From: Acidimicrobiales bacterium | GTDB taxonomy: Bacteria; Actinomycetota; Acidimicrobiia; Acidimicrobiales; SZUA-35 | Assembly (NCBI GenBank): GCA_050330635.1 | Contig: JBHJNQ010000057.1 | Span: forward strand, 42,570 to 106,569 | Direction: 5' to 3' | DNA: 64,000 nt | Shown: piece after piece, positions 38,137 to 45,080 of the stretch | Layout: each line of letters opens with the position of its first letter | How positions within the stretch are numbered: position 1 is the first letter of the stretch | Notes under the pieces: generated by a model | What the model saw: only the letters and a program-made list of their open reading frames with translations | The model's database searches: none | Told to the model about the DNA's origin: nothing | Made by a program: the position numbers and the translations under genes

Positions 38137-39573
38137 ATGACCCCGGCCCGCCAGAACCCGTCAGACCTCATGCCCGGGCCGGGCGGGAACGGGTCTCCCC
38201 GGCCGGCGACCGAACCCCCGGTCTCCACCGTCGGCGTCGACGGCGTCGACGGCGACCCGCCCGGTCCCCCGTCGACGCACCGGGCGGGGTTCTGGGGCTG
38301 GCGGGTGGCGCTGGCCGGCGCCGGCACCCAGATGCTGGTGGCCGGGCTGGTCCAGCACGCCTACACCAACTACTCCGTCCTCCTGCGGGAGGAGTTCGGC
38401 TGGAGCGCAACGCTGGTGGCCTTCGGCTTCGCCATGAACCGGCTCGAGTCGGGCCTGTTGGGTCCGGTCCAGGGGTGGATGATCGACCGCTTCGGCCCCC
38501 GCACGGTCATGAGGATCGGTGCCGTCATCCTCGCCATCGGGCTCATGGGGTTCAGCACCCTCCAGAACGCAGTGCAGTTCTTCCTCTTCTACTTCGTGGT
38601 GGCGGTCGGGGCCAGCCTGGCCGGCTTCATCACCGTGGTCACCGTCGTCGTCAACTGGTTCGAGCGGCGCCGCTCGACCGCGCTCGCCGTGGCCCAGGCC
38701 GGCTTCCCCATCGGCGGCGTCCTGACCCCGGCGGTGGTGTTCTGCCTCACCGAGTTCGGCTGGCGGCGGACGGCGTTCGGGTCGGCCTGGGTCGTCCTCG
38801 TGGCCGTCCTGGCCCTGTCGCAGGTCATGCACACCCGGCCGTCGGATCTGGGCCAGGAGGTCGACGGTGGCCGCCCCGAGACGGGCGATGGCGGCACCCT
38901 CGGCGCCGGCGGCCACGCCGGGGCGGTGGCGGAGCGGCAACGCGATTTCACGGTGGGCGAGGCGGTCAGGACCCGGGCGTTCTGGATGCTCAACCTCGGC
39001 CACGCCACCGCACTGCTCGTGGTCGGCTCGACCATGGCCCACCTGGCGATCTACCTGACCGAGGACCAGGGCTTCTCCCTGACCGGGGCGGGCCTGCTCG
39101 GCACGTCGCTCATGCTGACCCAGCTGGTGGGCCAGGTTGCGGGCGGCTACTTCGGCGACCGGATGTCGAAGCAGCGGCTCGTGGTCGGAGCCATGGGGGG
39201 CCACGTGATCGGCATGGTGCTGTTCACCTTCGCCGTCGCCCCGTGGATGGTGTGGGCCTTCGTCCCGTTCCACGGCCTGGCGTGGGGCGTGCGGGGACCG
39301 CTCCTGCAGGCCATCCGGGCCGACTACTTCGGTGCCTCGTCCTTCGGCAGGATCATGGGTTGGTCGTCGCTGATCATGATGCTGGGCACGATGAGCGGCC
39401 CGATCATCGTGGGTATGGTTCGCGACGCCACCGGCAGCTACACGATCGGGTTCACGATCATCACCGTGGGGGCCAGTCTGGCCACGGTGTTCTTCCTGCT
39501 GGCGGGACGGCCCTCCCTCCCCGCTGCCGATGGGGCGATGGCCGCCGGGGACGGGGACGGGGTCAGCCGGTAG
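38137..39573 (+). CDS. MFS transporter (oxalate/formate-antiporter-like or monocarboxylate-type)
   Basis: Internal ATG at 38137. About 12 hydrophobic segments are present. GPVQGWMIDRFGPR is a loop 2-3 motif. Confidence 0.82.
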   Translation: MTPARQNPSDLMPGPGGNGSPRPATEPPVSTVGVDGVDGDPPGPPSTHRAGFWGWRVALAGAGTQMLVAGLVQHAYTNYSVLLREEFGWSATLVAFGFAMNRLESGLLGPVQGWMIDRFGPRTVMRIGAVILAIGLMGFSTLQNAVQFFLFYFVVAVGASLAGFITVVTVVVNWFERRRSTALAVAQAGFPIGGVLTPAVVFCLTEFGWRRTAFGSAWVVLVAVLALSQVMHTRPSDLGQEVDGGRPETGDGGTLGAGGHAGAVAERQRDFTVGEAVRTRAFWMLNLGHATALLVVGSTMAHLAIYLTEDQGFSLTGAGLLGTSLMLTQLVGQVAGGYFGDRMSKQRLVVGAMGGHVIGMVLFTFAVAPWMVWAFVPFHGLAWGVRGPLLQAIRADYFGASSFGRIMGWSSLIMMLGTMSGPIIVGMVRDATGSYTIGFTIITVGASLATVFFLLAGRPSLPAADGAMAAGDGDGVSR

Positions 39574-39680
39574 GCGCCACCTCGGGCTCGGGGGCGACGG
39601 ACCGCTCCGTCGCGCACGCCGTCGTTTCGCCCAGCGATCGTCTCGGTCATCGGAGACGACAGTACGGGCATCGGGCCGTG

Positions 39681-40367
39681 CTAGTCGAAGCGGCGGCGCT
39701 CCCTCTCTTCGAGCCGGGCGGAGAAGGCCGCGGCCTCGGTCCGGCGGCTCATGCCGAGTTTGGCCAGCATGTTCGACACGTAGTTCTTCACCGTCTTCTC
39801 CGCCAGGTGCAGCTCGTCGCCGATCTGACGGTTGGAGTAGCCATCACCGATAAGATCGAAGATCTTTCGCTCCTGGGGGGTCAGGTTCGCCACCAGGCCC
39901 GAATCGGAGCTCTTGACCCGCTGCATGGCCAGCCGGACCGTCGCGGCGTCGAGGAGCTGGGCCCCCGCCGCCACCTTGCGGATCGACTCGATCAGCTCGT
40001 TGCTGCGGATCTGCTTGAGCACGTAGCCGGCGGCCCCGGCCACGGCGGCGTCGAGGACGGCCTGGTCGTCGGCGAACGAGGTGAGGATGAGGCAGACGAT
40101 GTCCGGGTGGCTGGAACGGATGTCGCGGCACACCTCGATGCCGTTGCCGTCCTCCAGGCGGACGTCGAGCACCGCGACCTGGGGTTCGCACCGCTCGATC
40201 TCGGCCAGGGCGTCGCTGGCCGAGGCGGCCTCGCCGACGACCTGGAGATCGGGTTCGGCGTTGAGCATGTCGGCCACACCGCGGCGGACGACCTCGTGAT
40301 CGTCGAGGAGGAACACCCTCACCGGCTCGATCGTGGCCCCGGTCGTGGCCTCGTCTCCGCTCACCAC
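39681..40367 (-). CDS. dosR: NarL/LuxR-family response regulator closely resembling DevR/DosR
   Basis: VRVFLLDDHEVVRRGVADML..VVGEA..VAVLDVRLEDGNGIEVCRD..CLILTSF..LTPQERKIFDLIG.GYSNRQIG..HLAEKTVKNYVSNMLAKLGMSRRTEAA is collinear with M. tuberculosis DosR as I recall it. GTG start at 40367 is preceded by GGGGAG. Confidence 0.88.
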   Translation of the reverse strand: MVSGDEATTGATIEPVRVFLLDDHEVVRRGVADMLNAEPDLQVVGEAASASDALAEIERCEPQVAVLDVRLEDGNGIEVCRDIRSSHPDIVCLILTSFADDQAVLDAAVAGAAGYVLKQIRSNELIESIRKVAAGAQLLDAATVRLAMQRVKSSDSGLVANLTPQERKIFDLIGDGYSNRQIGDELHLAEKTVKNYVSNMLAKLGMSRRTEAAAFSARLEERERRRFD

Positions 40368-40535
40368 TGCGCTCCCCGCCCGGTCGTGGTTGCCATCGCT
40401 GCCGTCCTCCTCCTTGAGAGCCTGCGCCGCGCCGGCGGTGATCGCAACCGCTCTCCCCCGGCGGCAGCCCCCTCGCCGGTCGCTGATGAGGTCCGGCGCA
40501 GGTCAAAGCCTGGTCCCACGACCGGCCCGCCGACA

Positions 40536-40610
40536 GTGACCAAGGTCCCAACGTGTGGGACGCCGGGGACCAAGGTCCCAACGGGTGGGACGCCGGGGAC
40601 CAAGGGCCCT
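40536..40610. promoter_or_regulatory. 30-bp tandem repeat (2.4 copies) generating three phased DosR-box-like palindromes
   Basis: Repeat units are GACCAAGGTCCCAACGTGTGGGACGCCGGG (40538-40567) and GACCAAGGTCCCAACGGGTGGGACGCCGGG (40568-40597), with a partial third unit from 40598. The palindromes are GTGAC-CAAG-GTCCC at 40536-40549, GGGAC-CAAG-GTCCC at 40566-40579 and GGGAC-CAAG-GGCCC at 40596-40609. Confidence 0.6.
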
Positions 40611-40682
40611 TGCCGACGCACGCCCGGAGGGACACGGTGGTCGGTGAGGATTCCGCCCGCCCCCGACGACAAGGTGATCGCC

Positions 40683-41099
40683 ATGGCCCCTGACCGCACC
40701 GATCGACTCGAGGAGCTGAACGAGGACCAGTGCTGGCCGTTGCTGGCCCGCAAGCAGGTGGGCCGGCTCGCCATCGCCCTCAACAACGAGCCGGACATCT
40801 TCCCAGTGAACTACCGGCTCGACGGTGAGACGATCGTGGTGAAGACGGCGCCAGGGTTGAAGCTGGCGGCGGCCATCCTCGGCAACGGCGTGGCCTTCGA
40901 GGTGGATGCCCTCGACGAGACGACGCGGACCGGTTGGAGCATCGTGGTGAGGGGCCAGGCCACGGAGATCGAGTCACTCGACGAGATCCTCGATGCCGAC
41001 CGGCTGCTGCTGGAACCGTGGGCCCGGGGCCACAAGAACCGCTATATCAGGATCGTTCCCTCCGCCGTGACCGGCCGCAGTCTGCCGGCGGCCCGCTGA
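40683..41099 (+). CDS. Pyridoxamine-5'-phosphate-oxidase-like (PPOX / Pyridox_ox_2) flavin/deazaflavin-binding protein
   Basis: Internal ATG at 40683. The protein reads MAPDRTDRLEELNEDQCWPLLARKQVGRLAI..DIFPVNYRLDGETIVVKT..GWSIVVRGQATEI (138 aa). Confidence 0.78.
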   Translation: MAPDRTDRLEELNEDQCWPLLARKQVGRLAIALNNEPDIFPVNYRLDGETIVVKTAPGLKLAAAILGNGVAFEVDALDETTRTGWSIVVRGQATEIESLDEILDADRLLLEPWARGHKNRYIRIVPSAVTGRSLPAAR

Positions 41100-41174
41100 A
41101 CCGGGGTGGGCCGAGGTGCCCGGACCGAACAGGCCGAGCCCGGGCGGCCCGTACGTCGTCCCGGTCGGGAGCGC

Positions 41175-42446
41175 TCAGACGGGCCGGGATCGCGCCGCGG
41201 ACTCGCCCGAGCCGACGGCGGAACGGACTCCGCCTCCGGATCGGTCCGGCCCGGCCGGGACCAGACGGCCGGAGATCGTCTGGGTCCGCAGGTGGAGCCA
41301 GCGCCAGTGGTGGGCATCGACCCACGGGTTCGGGTCGTTGTGCCACGCCACCCGCAACATCTCGGGATCGGTGATGACGGTGAGGGGACCGTGGACGACC
41401 ACGCTCCAACCGGAGTGCGACATCTCGTCGAGGGCGTCGATCTCGAGGCACACGATCTCGCCTCGCTCCGCCGCCGCCACCTTCGCCCCCGACAGGCTGC
41501 GGAGGAAGATGTCGTGGCCTTGGATCGAGTAGTTGACCGGCACGACCACCGGTCGGTCGTGGTCGATGAACGCCAGGCGGGCGACGACGTGGCGCGCCAG
41601 GTGGGTGCGACACTCCTGTTCGGTCAGGGCCTTGACCCCGGAGCGGGCGGTCAGGTCGATGGTCACCGGCTCGCTGCGGGCCTCATACCCCGTGACCTCG
41701 GCCGGCTTGGCCTGGCGGTGGCTCCCGTCGGGAGCGGCCAGGAGCGATAGGCCCCGGCTCGCCGCCTCGGCCAACAGGGCATCGTCGAGCTGGGAGGCAG
41801 GCACGACGAGGGCCGTCGAGGCCCGCTCCATCGCGACCGACACGGCCGAGACCAGGGGCGGGGCTCCGGCCACGTCGACCACCTCGGTTCCGACGCCGAC
41901 TTCGGCCAGACGGGCCTGGACCATGGCCACCGCCTGGGCGTCGGCCGGCCCCGATCCGTCGGTCACGATGACGACGTCCTCGTCGAGAGCCTGAGCCCAG
42001 GTGGCCACGACAGAGAGCGCGTCGATATCCGACTCCGTGCCGGCGACGGCCACCGTCAGCGGTCCGGTGGCCATCCGATGCCCGTGGCCGGGTCCCATGA
42101 GGAACGTCGGCTGGGAGCTGCGGCGGGCCAGCTCGCCGGCCCTCCCCGTGCCGCCCGCCACGACGCACACCGAGGGTCGGTGGCACGCCGCGTGGCCGGC
42201 GATGGCGGCAACGAGATCGTCGCCGTCGAGGAGGTGGACCGGTTCGATCGCCACCCCCAACCCGACGGCAAGCGTGTCGTAGTGATCGACGGCGGCGGCA
42301 TCGGCGGTCAGTAGCTGGACGGGGGCGTTGAACCACCGGCCGAGGACGGTCGCCGGCAGGAGCAGGCGTTCCTCGTCGTGAGCATCAGGAAGCACCCGTT
42401 CGTCCAGGGGGAGCAACACCCGGCGGATCCAGGGATTCGATGTCAC
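41175..42446 (-). CDS. Fusion protein: degenerate tandem USP-like N-terminal region plus a C-terminal PPOX (Pyridox_ox_2) domain
   Basis: The N-terminal region has RVLLPLDE.. and LTVAVAGTESD..ALVVPAS, which are USP-like beta-alpha repeats. The C-terminal region has LTEQECRTHLARHVVARLAFIDHDRPVVVPVNYSIQGHDIFLRS..GWSVVVHGPLTVI, paralogous to the 40683 gene. Confidence 0.72.
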   Translation of the reverse strand: MTSNPWIRRVLLPLDERVLPDAHDEERLLLPATVLGRWFNAPVQLLTADAAAVDHYDTLAVGLGVAIEPVHLLDGDDLVAAIAGHAACHRPSVCVVAGGTGRAGELARRSSQPTFLMGPGHGHRMATGPLTVAVAGTESDIDALSVVATWAQALDEDVVIVTDGSGPADAQAVAMVQARLAEVGVGTEVVDVAGAPPLVSAVSVAMERASTALVVPASQLDDALLAEAASRGLSLLAAPDGSHRQAKPAEVTGYEARSEPVTIDLTARSGVKALTEQECRTHLARHVVARLAFIDHDRPVVVPVNYSIQGHDIFLRSLSGAKVAAAERGEIVCLEIDALDEMSHSGWSVVVHGPLTVITDPEMLRVAWHNDPNPWVDAHHWRWLHLRTQTISGRLVPAGPDRSGGGVRSAVGSGESAARSRPV

Positions 42447-43005
42447 GGTTCGGCTCCTTCGCCGTCGTTCGGGCCCCGGATAACTCCGGAGACGGCGTCA
42501 CCAGGAGTTCTGCCAACGAAGCCAGGACATGACGCACCAGCGCCACGGCCAGGCGATGATCGAGACTGGCCCGATCGGTGTAGGGCTGGGAGCCCGGTGG
42601 CAGAAACGATAGTCCGAGAACGTGGAGGTGGGTACGGTCGGGACCGAAAGCGGCCACCTCGAGGTCGGCCTGGAGGGCTGGGAGCCACTGGTCGGCGTCG
42701 GCGTGCCAGGTGATGGGGATGATCAACGCCCCCCGCCGGGCCCGATGGGCACCGAAGCGCACCTCCACCGACGACGCCGGCGGTACCGGTGCCTCCTCCG
42801 GGGTCAGCGCCCGGCCCGCCTCGGCCAGCTCGCTCCTCCATGCCTCGGTCACCAGCTGCCCGATGATCTCCGGTCCCACGAAATGGGTGAAGGCACCGAC
42901 GACGGCGTCGTACGGCAGGTCGACGCGTACGAAGTCGTGGATGAACAGGCTCGTACCGGGCTCGAGAGCGGTCAGGCGGGCGAATCGGAAAAGCCCGTTG
43001 TTCAT
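42385..43005 (-). CDS. Hypothetical protein (no motif recognised)
   Basis: The composition looks coding (MNNGLFRFARLTALEPGTSLFIHDFVRVDLPYDAVVGAF..). ATG at 43005. The 3' end overlaps the listed start of the USP-PPOX gene by 62 nt. Confidence 0.55.
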   Translation of the reverse strand: MNNGLFRFARLTALEPGTSLFIHDFVRVDLPYDAVVGAFTHFVGPEIIGQLVTEAWRSELAEAGRALTPEEAPVPPASSVEVRFGAHRARRGALIIPITWHADADQWLPALQADLEVAAFGPDRTHLHVLGLSFLPPGSQPYTDRASLDHRLAVALVRHVLASLAELLVTPSPELSGARTTAKEPNRDIESLDPPGVAPPGRTGAS

Positions 43006-43160
43006 GTAGCGACGATGCGCCCCCGGTCGAGGTGGAGCTAGGGCCGTTGGTCACGGACCGGTGCGTCGCCACGACCGATGGGCCATACTTGGCCCGTCCG
43101 GGATCACCCCACGCGAGCCGACGACGAACCACCCGGGGTGCGAGCACTCATGAGCAACCC

Positions 43161-44561
43161 ATGACCGATCTTTGGGACTCCGCTATGACGGCGATGGTCG
43201 AGGACTCCCCCGACGGCATGCTCCTCGCCGACGGCGACGGCAGCATCGTCTATGCCAACGCCCGGATCGAGTCGATGTTCGGTGTCGCCCGCCGCGATCT
43301 GCTCGGTCGGCCCGTCGAGTCCCTGCTGCCGGAACGCCACCGCCAGGTCCACGTCGGCCATCGGGGCCGCTACCAGAACGAACCGAAGGTCCGGGCCATG
43401 GGCAGCGGGCTCGATCTGATAGCGACGCGGGCCGACGGCAGCGAGTTCCCGGTCGAGGTCTCGCTCAGCCCCGTCGATGACGGCGACCGGCTGCTCGTGG
43501 TGGCCACCGTACGCGACATCACGGAGCGGGTGGCCCTCGAGGCCAACACCCATGCCGTGCTCCACACGATCGACGCCGCCCACGACGCCGTCCTCATGTT
43601 CACCCCCTGCGACCTCCGCTTCGACTACGTGAACCGGGGCGCCGTCCAACAGCTCGGCTACACCTCGGACGAGCTATCGACGATGTCGCCGACCGACATC
43701 CAACCCGAGCTCGACGAGCCGGGTTTCAGGAAGGTGATCGAGCCCCTGGTGGCGGGGGCGGTCGACTCGATCCGCTACACCACCGTGCACCGCCGGGCCG
43801 ACGGACGCCGACTGCCGGTGGAGATCAGCCTCGTGTACCCGCCAGCGGCGGGCCCCGACCGTCCCCGGCTCCTGGTGGCCGTCGCCCGCGACATCACCGA
43901 CCGCATCCGCTCCGAGAAGGAGATCCGGGAACAGCAGTCTCAGCTCCAGGTCATGGAGGACCGTGAGCGCTTGGCCCAGGACCTGCACGACGTGGTCATC
44001 CAGCGGATCTTCGCCGCCGGCATGGGACTCCAGGCCATCCTCAACCGGGTCGACGATCCCCAGGTGGCCGAGCGGATCGACCAGACCGTGATCCAGCTCG
44101 ACGAGACCATCACTGAGCTGCGGAACCGGATCTTCTACCTCAACCGCCGGCGGGAGGAGACGACCGGGGCCCAGATCGACGAGGTGGTCACCCGCGCCGC
44201 CCGTTCCCTCGGCCACGAGCCCGAGCTGATCGTCTCCGGCGACCCCGATCGGATACCGCCGGCGGTCCGCAACCAGCTGTTGCCCGTCCTGACCGAGGCC
44301 CTGTCCAACGTCGCCCGCCACGCCGCCGCCACCGAGACGACCGTGGAGCTGATCGTCGACGGCGACGAGGTCGCCCTCCGGGTGGCCGACGACGGCGTCG
44401 GCCTCCCCGTGAACCCGATCCATGGCGGGGGCCTCTCGAACCTGCTGGCCCGGGCCCAACAGCTGGGGGGCACGACGTCGATCGCCGGGCGGCCCGACGG
44501 GGGTACCGTGCTCACCTGGACCGCCCCCCTGGACGGGAACGGCAGCGGCAGCGGCACCTGA
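43161..44561 (+). CDS. PAS-PAS sensor histidine kinase (HisKA_3 / HATPase_c, NarL-partner type)
   Basis: Internal ATG at 43161. Two PAS modules are present (SPDGMLLADGDGSIVYAN.., DAVLMFTPCDLRFDYVN..). The H-box is RLAQDLHDVVIQRIFA, the N-box is LTEALSNVARHA and the G-box is ADDGVGLP. Confidence 0.85.
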   Translation: MTDLWDSAMTAMVEDSPDGMLLADGDGSIVYANARIESMFGVARRDLLGRPVESLLPERHRQVHVGHRGRYQNEPKVRAMGSGLDLIATRADGSEFPVEVSLSPVDDGDRLLVVATVRDITERVALEANTHAVLHTIDAAHDAVLMFTPCDLRFDYVNRGAVQQLGYTSDELSTMSPTDIQPELDEPGFRKVIEPLVAGAVDSIRYTTVHRRADGRRLPVEISLVYPPAAGPDRPRLLVAVARDITDRIRSEKEIREQQSQLQVMEDRERLAQDLHDVVIQRIFAAGMGLQAILNRVDDPQVAERIDQTVIQLDETITELRNRIFYLNRRREETTGAQIDEVVTRAARSLGHEPELIVSGDPDRIPPAVRNQLLPVLTEALSNVARHAAATETTVELIVDGDEVALRVADDGVGLPVNPIHGGGLSNLLARAQQLGGTTSIAGRPDGGTVLTWTAPLDGNGSGSGT

Positions 44562-44779
44562 CCCCCACAGCCGCAGTCAGACCGGGGTCAGCCGTCGAGC
44601 TCGGCTGCGTACCCGTCTACTTGCCCTGGATCATGAGCAGGTCGGGAACGGTCACGGCGGACGCCCTCAGCGCCAGCTGGACCTCGCCGGGGCCCGGATC
44701 CTCCAGCTCGACGCGGACGGGGGCTCGTTGGCCAAGTACGCCGAGCTGGTCGAGACCCGACACCGGGCCCCGCCCCGAC

Positions 44780-45005
44780 CACCCGCTCGACGGGGTCAGC
44801 CTCCTGCCGTGGCTGGTCGACGGGGCCGACTACCCCGAGCACGACCTCCTCTGGCGCATCTCCAGCCAGGGGGCGCTACGGCGGGGACGATTCAAGTACA
44901 TGCGCGACGGACGGGACCGGGCCCGTCTCGGCAACTGGCCCCGCGTCCGCCATCGCGGCGGCGCCTACGAGCTCCTGTACGACGTCACCATCGACGGCTC
45001 CCGGC
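44780..45005 (+). pseudogene. Relic of the C-terminal ~75 aa of a sulfatase gene
   Basis: HPLDGVSLLPWLVDGADYPEHDLLWRISSQGALRRGRFKYMRDG..YELLYDVTIDG matches the conserved arylsulfatase C-terminal pattern (DG.SL.P.L.G...R.LFW.......A.R.G.WK....ELYD...D). No catalytic N-terminal part is present. Confidence 0.5.
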
Positions 45006-45080
45006 GGTGGCCGCCCGGCGGCGACACCGTCAGCGTGGCTGGAGGGTGGCACCGCTGCCACCGCTCCCCCGCCGGGAGCG

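Noticed and set aside
39574-39680. Two short hairpins (GACGGAccgcTCCGTC and CGTCTCggtcatcgGAGACG) between the convergent MFS and regulator genes, considered as bidirectional terminators
   Set aside because: The stems are only 6 bp with no U-tracts. Such stems are expected by chance in GC-rich DNA.
40538-40610. The 30-bp repeat considered as a CRISPR array or minisatellite
   Set aside because: The units abut directly with no spacers, there are only 2.4 copies, and no cas genes are present. The internal palindromes and the promoter location fit an operator array better.
38130-41099. 989-aa ORF spanning the MFS gene, the regulator and the PPOX gene
   Set aside because: Only the last 138 aa (from ATG 40683) have protein-like composition and PPOX motifs. 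The rest is an out-of-frame read-through of the MFS gene and an antisense read of the response regulator.
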